From positions 6,158-70,157 of the forward strand of contig CAYYVQ010000005.1 in NCBI GenBank assembly GCA_964475205.1: 64,000 bases of DNA, given 5' to 3'. Shown here piece by piece: positions 20,467 to 30,646 of this stretch; position 1 is the first letter of the stretch; every line of letters starts with the position of its first letter. The position numbers and the translations under genes were made by a program. The stretch is from an uncultured Victivallales bacterium. Lineage in GTDB: Bacteria; Verrucomicrobiota; Kiritimatiellia; UBA8416; CAYSRM01. The notes under the pieces are model-generated. The model saw only the letters and a list, made by a program, of their open reading frames with translations, did no database searches and was not told the DNA's origin.

Positions 20467-20835
20467 TCAGACAACGCCAACTCCATAGAAATGATCCCTG
20501 CGCCATCGTTCGTAGTCTTCCCATTGTTTCTGTTTGTCGATGAGCGGCTCAACTTTCCGTCCGGTTACCTTCCTGAGCAATTCGTCATTTGCCAGGAGGG
20601 GTCTTTTGGGCACGGAGCCTTCTGTGAGAAGCTGGTAAGCTTCATTAATAACCTGGAACGTTTCCTTGTTCCCGGACCGGGCATCGGGATGGTGTTGCAT
20701 GGCCAGTCTCCGGTATGCTTTTCTGATCTCTTCAGACGTTCTACCAAGGGTCATAAGCACAAGCCTGGCACGTTCTTCGAGGGTGACGCCCCGGATATCA
20801 TCAGGCCGGTCCAGGGTCAGTGACAGTTCTTTCAT
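20467..20835 (-). CDS. J-domain (DnaJ-like) protein
   Basis: YRRLAMQHHPD J-domain signature. Confidence 0.6.
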   Translation of the reverse strand: MKELSLTLDRPDDIRGVTLEERARLVLMTLGRTSEEIRKAYRRLAMQHHPDARSGNKETFQVINEAYQLLTEGSVPKRPLLANDELLRKVTGRKVEPLIDKQKQWEDYERWRRDHFYGVGVV

Positions 20836-20880
20836 AATTATCCCTTCTGCATCAGCGCAGGCAATCGGGGAAAATGCAGT

Positions 20881-21843
20881 TCATTTTTGCCTTTCGGCCC
20901 GAATGCCGCGAAAAAACTGGGTCAGTATCACCAGGCTGATCGAACCTGCAGTTGCAAGAACAACCGCCTGTGCAACAAAAGAAAAATTCGCTTCGGGAAT
21001 CATTTCGTCGAGCTGTTTGAGCATAACTCCGATAGCGGCCATCAGGAGCATTATTGCGTAAAGGAACCGTAACCAGTAGCTTCCAGCATATTTTACAGCA
21101 GAAGCGCCGAATTGAGATCCGAACGATGAACCCGTCAACAACAGCAGCGCTGCAATAAGATCCATGCGTCCCTCTATCGCATAAGAAACGCCGCCGTATG
21201 CGCCGGAAAGCACACAGCACAATACGCTGGTGCCCACAGCGGTGCGGGTTGGCAGGCCCAGGAGATAGATAAAAGCAGGCACGAGCAGGAAACCGCCCCC
21301 GACGCCAAGAAAACCTGCCAGTATGCCGACACCCAACCCGATCAGGATAGCTGACAGCGTCTTTGGTTTGGGCCGGATACCCGCTGTGGCGCTTTCGGAG
21401 CAACCGGAGCCATGGCCGCTCTTGCGCGCGCCCAGATAGTCACGCAGAAAACGCGCGGTCAAGCCGAAGAGCAGCAACAGGTAAACATACCTGACTATGG
21501 CACCTTCAAGGTTAAATGTCTCAAGGCGCAAGATTATCTGTTTGCCGAGCTCTACCCCTGCAAGCATGGCCCCGCCAACGGTCAAGCCAAGCCGAATATT
21601 AACGTTTTTAAGAGCTGCATGCTTGCGAAACCCGACTATTGACTGGCCAAAGACGTTCAGCATACCTGTTCCGATGGCGACTGCCATCGGGAACCCGAAG
21701 ATATTTAAAGCCGGCGTAAGAACCGGCCCTCCTCCAATTCCGAAGAAACCGCCCATCAGTCCAACTGCGAAACCTATCAGGATCAGGTAAAGCCAGTTGA
21801 ACTCTACACCCGCTACGGGAAGAAACATATTGAATACATCCAT
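20881..21843 (-). CDS. TauE/SafE (TSUP) family membrane transporter
   Basis: Duplicated GxGGG(F/P) motifs (GGFFGIGGGP, GFLGVGGGFL) in a polytopic membrane protein. Confidence 0.8.
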   Translation of the reverse strand: MDVFNMFLPVAGVEFNWLYLILIGFAVGLMGGFFGIGGGPVLTPALNIFGFPMAVAIGTGMLNVFGQSIVGFRKHAALKNVNIRLGLTVGGAMLAGVELGKQIILRLETFNLEGAIVRYVYLLLLFGLTARFLRDYLGARKSGHGSGCSESATAGIRPKPKTLSAILIGLGVGILAGFLGVGGGFLLVPAFIYLLGLPTRTAVGTSVLCCVLSGAYGGVSYAIEGRMDLIAALLLLTGSSFGSQFGASAVKYAGSYWLRFLYAIMLLMAAIGVMLKQLDEMIPEANFSFVAQAVVLATAGSISLVILTQFFRGIRAERQK

Positions 21844-21846
21844 GGT

Positions 21847-22125
21847 TCAATCCCGCCTTTCGTGCGTCTTGCCGGTGTGTTCATTTTTGTAGCCCAACAG
21901 CTTTGTCAGGTTCTCGCTTGCAAGAGAAAGGACGAGCGCTGCAATTGTTACAGCAAAGAAGGCCAGGATGGCATAACATACCGGATGGTCAACACTTAGT
22001 TCCGCAAGGAACCGGCTGAGCCCTCTTGTTTCCGCAGACACTGAGGCCGTGCCCGTCAAAATGAGCTGTTCGAACCGCAGAAGCGGCGCTAGAACAATGT
22101 ATTCAGCATTCATGGGGCTAAACAT
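21847..22125 (-). CDS. small membrane protein upstream of the TauE gene
   Basis: One predicted TM helix. Translationally adjacent to the TauE gene. Confidence 0.35.
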   Translation of the reverse strand: MFSPMNAEYIVLAPLLRFEQLILTGTASVSAETRGLSRFLAELSVDHPVCYAILAFFAVTIAALVLSLASENLTKLLGYKNEHTGKTHERRD

Positions 22126-22196
22126 ATATCAAATGAGTCGTTCTGCCAAACATGTTCTCATTCTGAAAAGCGCGCAGGCACTCTGGCAGCGTACTA

Positions 22197-23582
22197 TCAG
22201 GCTCCGGCGGCTTGGATAGTGTCGCGCAACCACCAGGATGCAATACTGAAGTAGATAATCACCCCGCCGATGTCGGCTATGGATGTTACCAGGGGAGCGC
22301 TTGCTGTGGCGGGGTCGAGTTTAAGACGCGTCAGCAGAAAAGGCAGGCTCATGCCAATGAGGCTGCCGAAAAGCACCGTACAGACCATGGTTAACCCCAC
22401 AGGGACAAGAATTTCAGGGGCGCGAAAACCGGCCACAAACATAACGCCCAGCGCCATTGTCAATCCCAGGAGCAGCGAGGTAAGAAACTCTTTGCGAAGC
22501 AGGCTGAACCAGTCTTTCAATCGGACATCGCCAACAGCCATATCCCGAACCATGAGCGTAGCCGCCTGCGCTCCCGCATTCCCGCCTGAACCGATCAGGA
22601 GAGGCAGAAAAAACACAAGCGACGCCACGGCAACTATCGTGTGTTCAAAAAGTGCGATACCGGCGCCGGAAAAGACGTTCATAAAAACCAGCGTCAATAG
22701 CCAGGGCAGCCGGGCGCGATAGAGCAAGGCAAAACCGGCGTTTTTCAGGCTCACATTAGGCAATTCAGTGCCGCCGATTTTGCGGAAATCCTCAGTGGCT
22801 TCAGCTGCCTGCACATCTATCACGTCATCGACAGTCACAAGGCCCATAAGTCTCTGTTCGCCGTCGACTACCGGAAGCGCCAAAACGTCATATTCTTCAA
22901 TCTTCTGCGCCACTATTTCCTGGTCGTCGTTAACATTGGCGGAGAGAACCTCAGTATGCATCACATCGTTTATCTGTTGTGGCGGTTTGGCGAGAATAAG
23001 GTCTTTCAGCGAAACAAAACCAATCAGGCGGCGCTCTGCGTCAACAACATAGATATAATATATGGTTTCGCGCGTAGGGGCCTGGAGGCGGATCTGTTCA
23101 AGAGCCTGGCCAACAGTTATGTCCGGACGCAGCGCAGCGTAGTCGCTGCTCATCAAAGCTCCGGCGGTTCCCTCGGCATAGCTGGTAAGCTTGCGGATGT
23201 CTTCACGCTCGGCACGGGCAACCAGGGGCAAAACCTGTTCTGCAATCTGCGGATCGAGCCGTTGCACCAGGTCGGCCCTGTCGTCGTGGGGAAGTTCTTC
23301 AAGCATTCGGGCCATTGCATTGCGGTTTGCTCCCTCGGCAAGCCCGGCCTGTCTCTCCAGGTCCAGATGCGAGAAAATATCCGCCGACTGTCGTAAGGGG
23401 ATATTGGCCAGAAAGCGCCAAAGCGCGTCATCGTCCAGTGGCGCAATAATGCGGGCTACCTCGGCGGGGTGCATCGACCCCACTGCTTCCTGAAGCGCAG
23501 AAGTCTGACCGTTGTTAACCATCTCCATGATATCCTGGGCAAAAAGAGAATTTGTCATGGATGCCTTCCTTTCTGTTGCCAT
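22197..23582 (-). CDS. mgtE: magnesium transporter MgtE
   Basis: MgtE N-domain, tandem CBS region and the C-terminal MgtE membrane domain are all recognisable. Confidence 0.9.
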   Translation of the reverse strand: MATERKASMTNSLFAQDIMEMVNNGQTSALQEAVGSMHPAEVARIIAPLDDDALWRFLANIPLRQSADIFSHLDLERQAGLAEGANRNAMARMLEELPHDDRADLVQRLDPQIAEQVLPLVARAEREDIRKLTSYAEGTAGALMSSDYAALRPDITVGQALEQIRLQAPTRETIYYIYVVDAERRLIGFVSLKDLILAKPPQQINDVMHTEVLSANVNDDQEIVAQKIEEYDVLALPVVDGEQRLMGLVTVDDVIDVQAAEATEDFRKIGGTELPNVSLKNAGFALLYRARLPWLLTLVFMNVFSGAGIALFEHTIVAVASLVFFLPLLIGSGGNAGAQAATLMVRDMAVGDVRLKDWFSLLRKEFLTSLLLGLTMALGVMFVAGFRAPEILVPVGLTMVCTVLFGSLIGMSLPFLLTRLKLDPATASAPLVTSIADIGGVIIYFSIASWWLRDTIQAAGA

Positions 23583-23857
23583 CCCGCGAAACCAATGGAT
23601 TTATACTCCCTTCTGTACGGTTATGCCAGCAGATTCCGGCGTTTTACCAATTTGCACCCCCGCAGGAGCACTCTCCACGCTCTCGCGACGAAATCCTCGC
23701 TTATTTCGGGGCTACTGCAAAATGCGGTACTTGCCGGTTTTCGTTTGACTCGAGCCTTTACGGCATGGTAGATACTTAAAGTGTAACAGTTTGCATAAGA
23801 TTAAAAAGCGGGCAGGAGAACAAGGGGCATCACTATGTTGCCCGGTGTGAACAGGCT

Positions 23858-23899
23858 GGCACGAAATCACAAGAAAAGGGTGTTTCGTGCCTTTTTTTG
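23858..23899 (+). terminator. 9-bp-stem hairpin followed by a T7 run (intrinsic-terminator/attenuator-like) ~65 nt upstream of the 23962 start
   Basis: GGCACGAAA-N17-TTTCGTGCC then TTTTTTTGAGG. Confidence 0.4.
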
Positions 23900-23961
23900 A
23901 GGAAATTTGAAAAACTAACTGTCAGCTTTTATTGTTTACAAGGGTTCAAAAGGAAATATTT

Positions 23962-25875
23962 ATGGCCAAGATCTCTAATCAGGTTGATTTACCAAAAAGG
24001 CGGAAGATGTTACAGAACTTGAAGTTGCCTGCAGAGACCCGGGATTTTCTGGAAAAGGCTCCATCTGTGGCTCTGGCTGCGGATATTGACACTCTTGAGG
24101 ATATGGCCTGTGGTGGTAAGAACAACAAAGAATGGACGGTAGCCTATAGGCTACCCGATGGACGGGAAGTGCAGGAAACCCGGGTTGTGCGTGTCAGGAA
24201 CGGCATATCTGCAAATTACATTGAGCCTTACATGCGGCGCAGGGATCCGGACTGCATGGTTGTGGCTGACAGTGGTCCGTCCGACAAGCCGAGGTTTCAC
24301 GAACGCTATAACCGACCGTTTGACGAGATCCGCAATGAAACTTTTGACTGGCTTGCCGGGCAGGATTTGGCCGTTTTCGCGTTCGAGATGGGTTCGCTCG
24401 GTACGATCGGCCATGCGCTGGCTATTTGCCCTGCAAACGCAAGTTTTTTTGCTTTCGGGCTGGGGCTTTTACAGGGAGTCGTCGATATCGAGCAGGTCGG
24501 AAATCCCTTTGAGCCTTCTTTCATAATTTATGTCGCGCCGCCATTCCGGCACACTCACTTTGACGGCCGCCAGGTTGTGGTGCATAACCGAATGGACGTT
24601 CATGAGATGTTCTCGTACAACCTCTACCCGGGACCCAGCGCCAAGAAGGGTGTTTACGGCGCGTTGATAGAAATGGGAGTGCAGCAGAACTGGGTTACCG
24701 CGCATTGTTCTGCAGTGCAGGTTGTGACTCCCTATGACAACATTGTTTCATTCATGCACGAGGGGGCCAGCGGCGGGGGCAAGAGCGAGATGTTGCAGCA
24801 ACCGCACCGACTGCCTGACGGTCGCCTGATGATTGGCAGAAACACAATAACCGGTGAAGAGCGTTTTCTGGAGATTCGCAGGACCTGTGATCTGCATCCG
24901 GTATGCGATGACATGGGACTGTGTCATTCGGACTTACAGGAGAACGACCAGAAGCTGCGCATTCTGGACGCCGAAAACGCCTGGTTTGTCCGGGTCAACC
25001 ACATTGAAGCTTACGGCACGGACCTTGATCTGGAACGCCTGACGCTGGCTTCGCCCCGTTCGCTGCTTTTCCTTAACATCGATGCTGTTGCGGGAAGTAC
25101 GGCGTTGCTCTGGGAACACATTCAGGATGAGCCGGGTGTTCCGTGCCCGAATCCGAGGGTCATCCTGCCAAGGGAAATAGTGCCCGGAGTGACAAATGAA
25201 AAAGTGGCTATCGATGTGCGCTCCTTCGGGGTGCGTACGCCTCCCTGTACCAGGGAAAATCCGACCTATGGTATTCTGGGATTGTTCCATGTCTTGCCGC
25301 CTGCACTCGCATGGCTGTGGCGGCTGGTTGCGCCGCGCGGTTATTCAAATCCCAGCATAGTGGATACAGGAGCCATGAGCAGCGAAGGCGTTGGCAGTTA
25401 CTGGCCTTTTACAACGGGGCGAAAGGTAGACCAGGCCAACCTGTTGCTGCAACAATTTGTTAATGCTGCCCAGACGCGCTATATCCTGACACCCAACCAG
25501 CATGTGGGGGCATGGGAAACCGGCTTTATGCCGCAATGGCTTGCGCGGGACTACCTGGCGCGCCGCGGACATGCGCCGTTTCTTTCGGATCAGCTTGTGC
25601 CTGCCCGTTGCGCGTTGCTTGGTTACACCTTGCGCGATATCCGGATTGAAGGAATTACTGTGCCACGGCAGTTTTTCCAGGTGGATCATCAACCCGAGGT
25701 AGGGCCCGATGCATATGACGCCGGATCTCAAATTCTGACGGACTTTTTCCATGAGCAGATCAGCAAGTTCCTGCAGCCGGACCTGGATTCTGTGGGACGA
25801 AAGATCATCGAATGTTGTCTTTCAAACGCAGAAGCAAAGGAATACGAACAGTTCATTCTTGCAGAACACCTGTGA
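23962..25875 (+). CDS. hypothetical P-loop protein with an HprK/PEPCK-like Walker A (GASGGGKSE)
   Basis: Walker-A-like HEGASGGGKSEML. The rest is unassigned. Start chosen at the second ATG (MAKISNQ). Confidence 0.5.
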   Translation: MAKISNQVDLPKRRKMLQNLKLPAETRDFLEKAPSVALAADIDTLEDMACGGKNNKEWTVAYRLPDGREVQETRVVRVRNGISANYIEPYMRRRDPDCMVVADSGPSDKPRFHERYNRPFDEIRNETFDWLAGQDLAVFAFEMGSLGTIGHALAICPANASFFAFGLGLLQGVVDIEQVGNPFEPSFIIYVAPPFRHTHFDGRQVVVHNRMDVHEMFSYNLYPGPSAKKGVYGALIEMGVQQNWVTAHCSAVQVVTPYDNIVSFMHEGASGGGKSEMLQQPHRLPDGRLMIGRNTITGEERFLEIRRTCDLHPVCDDMGLCHSDLQENDQKLRILDAENAWFVRVNHIEAYGTDLDLERLTLASPRSLLFLNIDAVAGSTALLWEHIQDEPGVPCPNPRVILPREIVPGVTNEKVAIDVRSFGVRTPPCTRENPTYGILGLFHVLPPALAWLWRLVAPRGYSNPSIVDTGAMSSEGVGSYWPFTTGRKVDQANLLLQQFVNAAQTRYILTPNQHVGAWETGFMPQWLARDYLARRGHAPFLSDQLVPARCALLGYTLRDIRIEGITVPRQFFQVDHQPEVGPDAYDAGSQILTDFFHEQISKFLQPDLDSVGRKIIECCLSNAEAKEYEQFILAEHL

Positions 25876-25982
25876 GTAAAAGTGAAGGCGATCTGTTTAT
25901 AACGCAAAAAATAATTGCTGATTATTATCCCTTTCTTTGTATATAAGACGAGCTATGGTAAAAGACGATAAGGAGTTACACT

Positions 25983-27092
25983 ATGAGTTTGGCACATCTG
26001 GCAATTCGCAAGACCGACGATCTTCCGCTGCGGCATACCGGCAACGTACACAATGGCAAGGTCCGTTCTGTTTACTGGCTTTCCCCGGAAGACAGCAGGC
26101 GCATTGTTGAGCAGCGAAACTATGCTGTTCCCGAAGACACCGGGCTTGGTGTCATGGTTATCAGCGATCGTATTTCAGCATACGAGATTGTCTGGCAAGG
26201 AGAGGACGGTCTGATGGGCGTCCCGGGTAAAGGCGCATCGCTGAATGCAACCGCCGAACACTGGTTCAGCGAGTTCAAAAAGGCCGGTCTTGCCGACAAC
26301 CACATTCTTGAAACGCCGCACCCGCTCGTCTGGATCGTGCGCAAGGCCAGACCCATCATGGTAGAAGCCATTGCCCGACAGTACATCACGGGCAGCATGT
26401 GGCGCGCCTATGAGAAGGGAGCACGGGAGGTATGCGGCATTAAACTGCCGGACGGCCTGAAAAACGGCGACAAGTTGCCTGAGCTGCTGATTACCCCCTC
26501 AACAAAAGGAATAATGACCGGGATTCCCGGCGTGCCGGAAGTCGACGATGTCAATATTACTCGCCGCCAGATCGTAGACAACTTCGAGGCATTCGGTTTC
26601 GTTTCGCGTGATGATGTGGATCGTTATGAGACGCTGTTGACTGAAGGCGTAAAGATCATCAGTGACCAGGCGGCTGCCGCCGGCCAGCTTCTGGCCGACA
26701 CCAAGTTCGAGTTCGGCTATGTTGCCAATACGCCTGGATCTGAAACGGATCTCTCCATGATCTATATTGACGAAGTAGGCACACTTGATTCCTCGCGATT
26801 CTGGGACCTGGCCGCTTATCGCGAAGGCAGGATGGTCGAGAACTCCAAAGAGCGTTTCCGCAAGCTTCTCTGCGATGCCGTGCCCGACAAGGATGTGTTG
26901 CTGAACAAGGACCGGATGGCGGAGCGAGTCCCCCTGGGCGAGACGTTCAAAGTGCCAGTTGAAACCATGATGGCAATTGGCGATCTTTACCGCGAAATGG
27001 CTGAGCGTCTTACAGGAGGCACAGTGCCCCGGATAGAGCATGCGCGACAGGAGATCCTTGATGCGCTTGCTCCTTACGGTATCGTTCAGTAA
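25983..27092 (+). CDS. purC: SAICAR synthetase (PurC) family protein, long type with a C-terminal extension
   Basis: GKVRSVY, MVISDRISAYEIV, VPGKGASLN, ADTKFEFGYV, which are the characteristic PurC motifs. It may be a paralogue rather than the housekeeping enzyme. Confidence 0.6.
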   Translation: MSLAHLAIRKTDDLPLRHTGNVHNGKVRSVYWLSPEDSRRIVEQRNYAVPEDTGLGVMVISDRISAYEIVWQGEDGLMGVPGKGASLNATAEHWFSEFKKAGLADNHILETPHPLVWIVRKARPIMVEAIARQYITGSMWRAYEKGAREVCGIKLPDGLKNGDKLPELLITPSTKGIMTGIPGVPEVDDVNITRRQIVDNFEAFGFVSRDDVDRYETLLTEGVKIISDQAAAAGQLLADTKFEFGYVANTPGSETDLSMIYIDEVGTLDSSRFWDLAAYREGRMVENSKERFRKLLCDAVPDKDVLLNKDRMAERVPLGETFKVPVETMMAIGDLYREMAERLTGGTVPRIEHARQEILDALAPYGIVQ

Positions 27093-27140
27093 GGTTTGGG
27101 GTTAACCGTTTCTAATTTAAAATCCTGTTCGAAATGCGGG

Positions 27141-29171
27141 TTAGAACTGGTGTTCAACACCGGCAAACGCCTGAAATCCGTAGTCCGGGAATCCCACAAC
27201 GGTAGAGTATTCGTCGTCAAGAATGTTTTCGAGCGAGGCGTACAGCCGCGTGGCCCGTTCTTTCCCAAGGAGGACTCCCGCCGTCATGTTCAGGTCCACA
27301 AAATCTCCCAGATCCTTGTACTTGCGGTCTTGGGCAAAGCGTTTGTTCTCGTATCCCGAAACGTATTTGCCGAAAATGTTCACATCAAGCCGACCGACCT
27401 GGCTGTATACACCTGCCGCAGTAATTACATCCGGAATTTCGCGAAGGTTCGACCAATCGCCGCCATTTGACTGTTCCGAATCCATCACGGTACCGTTGAC
27501 GAACAGTGTGAAGATATCCATGATCCGTGCCGACTCATACTCCATCTCCAAGCCGTATTGCCGGATATCCCGGTTTTCGTAAGCGTTGAACGTATCTCCC
27601 TCCCGGGTTACCTCAGTTGAGGTAAGAAGAATGCCGTCTTCACGAAATGTTGCAAAGCCGCCGACCTTTAAGCTGCCCAGCGCCGTATCGCTGAAGCTGA
27701 CTCCGCCATCGAGGATCGTGCGCGACTCGCGAGACAGGCTTTTGCCTTTTTCCGGGACAGCGCCGGGAGGCGCGTCGACAGAACCGACCGCAGCATGGGC
27801 ATACAAGGCTGTGATTTTCGATAGGCCATACTTTGCTCCTATTGTGCCGGTCATTACCGGATCTCCCCATTCATCTGTTATAGGCGTACTGAACAGTGAA
27901 GTTCCGCCGCCGGAGCGGTCATCTGCCACTGGACCGCCGAGCATATCGATATTGTTGTCGGTATAGTCGTGGTAATAACTCCTGGTGACGCGCAATCCGC
28001 CGTCCAGGGTTAACCGGTCCCATTGGTGTTCATCAATAACGACGCCGGAGATTGTTTCCACGTCCATTCGATTGCCCACATAGTAGCGTTTGCCCTCGGG
28101 AGCAACCCAATGATTGTACTGCACACCGGCTCGCAATGTGTTGTTGTCTGCAATCCTCCGTGCATGCAACACGCCTGCGTTGTATTCCCAGTCAACTTCG
28201 TCGCTTTGAATATCAGGTTTGGACGGTTTCGGATTGTCGCGTTGATAATCCATGTCACGACGTACATATCCTGTGTCAAAAGCCGTACTGGAAGTTTCAT
28301 CATGTCTCCATAGAGCGCGAAGGATTCCGCCATAAGAAGTTAATGGCGAGAATTCCTCGTTTTCGCGGTTCCTAATTTTTTTCTTGCCCGGATCTTGAAT
28401 TTTGCGAAGCTCCCGGTTTCCAGTCAGGCCGTAGCCGGTGAATTCCATGTGCAAGTTGTCGCCAACGTCCCAGCTCGTGGTTCCAAACACCGATGAGATC
28501 TGCTCGGCAGCGTTCTCGTCGTCCGGGCCATCGGTTGAATAGTGTTTTGCCCCGACAGTATAGTCGGCGTTTTCAAGCCTGTCTCCATGCACCAGGGAGG
28601 CACGATAGGTCCCATAGCTGCCGGCTTTGACATCAAGCAGGGTTGTCAACTCGTCGAACCGGCGCGGTATGACGTTAATGGCCCCTACCAGCCCTGCGTT
28701 CGGGCCGACCATGATGGCGCCGCCGGATCGCAGGATTTCGATCCGGTCAATTGCGGCGGCCGGAAAAAATGGAGGTATTGTTGTAAAGGCCCGTTGCCAG
28801 ACGCCATTGACTGCGATGTCCGGGTAAGGATAGATCTGGCCGCGAAAAGATGTGAACGATTTTTCCTTCCGTCCGCGTCTTTCAGTAAAAACTCCAGGCG
28901 CAAATTCCATTGCTTCCACCAGCGTACCACTGCTTTGAATACGAATATCCCTGGCTTCAACCGACGAAGTGGCTATGTCCAGAGAAACCGACTCGATAGT
29001 AGGAGTGTCCACGGGATCACGAGCCTCCTTTGGGGCTTTGACCACGATTTCACCCAATCGTGTGACCGTCCGGTTGGTGATAATCTCACTGTTTTCCTCA
29101 TCACCAGGGGCCAAGCCGCTTACAAAACACAAACATGCCGTTGCCAATCCAATTTTGCCCATGCACTTCAT
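27141..29171 (-). CDS. TonB-dependent outer-membrane receptor
   Basis: Signal peptide, plug-domain motifs, and a C-terminal beta-barrel ending in aromatic F. Confidence 0.8.
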   Translation of the reverse strand: MKCMGKIGLATACLCFVSGLAPGDEENSEIITNRTVTRLGEIVVKAPKEARDPVDTPTIESVSLDIATSSVEARDIRIQSSGTLVEAMEFAPGVFTERRGRKEKSFTSFRGQIYPYPDIAVNGVWQRAFTTIPPFFPAAAIDRIEILRSGGAIMVGPNAGLVGAINVIPRRFDELTTLLDVKAGSYGTYRASLVHGDRLENADYTVGAKHYSTDGPDDENAAEQISSVFGTTSWDVGDNLHMEFTGYGLTGNRELRKIQDPGKKKIRNRENEEFSPLTSYGGILRALWRHDETSSTAFDTGYVRRDMDYQRDNPKPSKPDIQSDEVDWEYNAGVLHARRIADNNTLRAGVQYNHWVAPEGKRYYVGNRMDVETISGVVIDEHQWDRLTLDGGLRVTRSYYHDYTDNNIDMLGGPVADDRSGGGTSLFSTPITDEWGDPVMTGTIGAKYGLSKITALYAHAAVGSVDAPPGAVPEKGKSLSRESRTILDGGVSFSDTALGSLKVGGFATFREDGILLTSTEVTREGDTFNAYENRDIRQYGLEMEYESARIMDIFTLFVNGTVMDSEQSNGGDWSNLREIPDVITAAGVYSQVGRLDVNIFGKYVSGYENKRFAQDRKYKDLGDFVDLNMTAGVLLGKERATRLYASLENILDDEYSTVVGFPDYGFQAFAGVEHQF

Positions 29172-29291
29172 ACAGTCCGCTTCCTTTCTATTGCTTTGCC
29201 TGTTATCGCATTATACCTGGTTTACGTTTGATCTTTGAAAAAAGGGACAATCTTTCCAAAAACATCGAAGTGGCTGTAGTGTGGCTGCGGG

Positions 29292-30374
29292 TTAACTTTT
29301 GTCCTTGTCGGGCGAAGATGCCTTTTCAGGAATGTTATTTTCGGGTTGTGTGATTGACAACGGGCCCATAAGAATGGCTGCACCGCGGGTTTCAGAAAAG
29401 CCTTCCAGCACGATCTTGACTATCATGGCAAGCGGCACTGCCAGGAGCATGCCTACCGGCCCAAGGACCCAAGCCCAGAAAACCATGTTCAGCACAATAA
29501 TCAGCGGCGACAGCCCGAGTCCGCGTCCCATGAATCGCGGCTCAATGCCGTTACTAACACCCACATTGATCGCAAGATATCCGGCGGCAACAATGCCTGC
29601 GCGAACAATCCCGAAATCCACCATGGCCAGCAGGATTGCCGGAATGCTTGCCAGGAACGAGCCTACGTTGGGAATGTAATTAAGCAAAAAAGCAAAAAGC
29701 GCCAGGATCAAGGCATTCCGCACACCGGCGCCAAGGAGTAGCGCCAGGACCAGTCCGCCGGTGAGCAGGCTCATCAATGTCTTAATTGCAAGGTAGCCAC
29801 GCAGTTTTTCTGTCACCACCTGCAGTCGTTTCATTGTATCGGGATTGATATTGGGGATCTGTCTAATCCGGTCCGGCAGCAGGGCAGCTTCTAAAATTAT
29901 AAACACAACAATAAAGAAAATGATAAAAGCCTGACTGGCCAGATCGGTCAGCGTACTCACAGTTCCGCTCAGGAAACCGATAAAGGCTTGAGGGTTAATG
30001 GCGTCCCTGATAATCTGTTCTGGCGCTTCGACCCCTCGTTCGCGCAACCAGCCGACAAACTCCATAGTCTGGTACTGCAAGCCCTGCTGGTATTGCGGCA
30101 AGTCGGCGGCAAAACCGACCAACGCTCGTCCTCCCACAACGACTGCTATCGCGCTGACCACTCCAAAGCCGAGAATGATAACCAGCAATGACAACCATGA
30201 CGGCATACCCACCTTCATCATGCTGAAGTAAAGAGGGGTCAGGATAATGGCGAGAAAAACCGCCAGAAGGAACGGGGTAAGCAGAGAGGCAGCAGCCTTA
30301 ATTCCCGCCACAACAATGACGAAGCAGGCCATGCCTATCAGTAGCCTTGAAAAAGCAGTGCTTCTGTCGTTCAT
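29292..30374 (-). CDS. AI-2E (UPF0118/PerM) family transporter
   Basis: Typical 8-TM AI-2E architecture and conserved C-terminal half. Confidence 0.8.
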   Translation of the reverse strand: MNDRSTAFSRLLIGMACFVIVVAGIKAAASLLTPFLLAVFLAIILTPLYFSMMKVGMPSWLSLLVIILGFGVVSAIAVVVGGRALVGFAADLPQYQQGLQYQTMEFVGWLRERGVEAPEQIIRDAINPQAFIGFLSGTVSTLTDLASQAFIIFFIVVFIILEAALLPDRIRQIPNINPDTMKRLQVVTEKLRGYLAIKTLMSLLTGGLVLALLLGAGVRNALILALFAFLLNYIPNVGSFLASIPAILLAMVDFGIVRAGIVAAGYLAINVGVSNGIEPRFMGRGLGLSPLIIVLNMVFWAWVLGPVGMLLAVPLAMIVKIVLEGFSETRGAAILMGPLSITQPENNIPEKASSPDKDKS

Positions 30375-30550
30375 ATATCAAATGCCTCTATTTTTGCCTA
30401 TTCACCAATTGTTTCTCAATCATCGGCTGAGGGTCAAGAAAATGCCTGCTGCTTGAACCGGCCTGAATGTCGGGCTCGTCCCCGTCCCCGCCATTTGCGG
30501 CCTATGATATCAGCCTAGTCAATAGACTCCAGCAATTATTGATTTAGCCT

Positions 30551-30608
30551 CAATTATGCACCCGGAAAGGGGACAACCACCGACGACCTCCGGGGATCCC
30601 GAAAGTCG
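30551..30608 (+). ncRNA. conserved ~58-nt structured motif (copy A): CCCGGA-[AAGGGGACAACCACCGACGACC]-TCCGGG GGATCCCGAAAGTCG
   Basis: Shares about 80% identity with 50228-50291, with a compensatory change in the stem (CCCGGA/TCCGGG versus CCGGAG/CTCCGG). Confidence 0.35.
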
Positions 30609-30646
30609 CGCAGGCGCGGACGATGGCGTGCTCGCAGCAGGAAGAC

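Noticed and set aside
23583-23700. Looked for an M-box (Mg riboswitch) upstream of mgtE
   Set aside because: The region is occupied by a MITE-A internal fragment, and no M-box core could be recognised.
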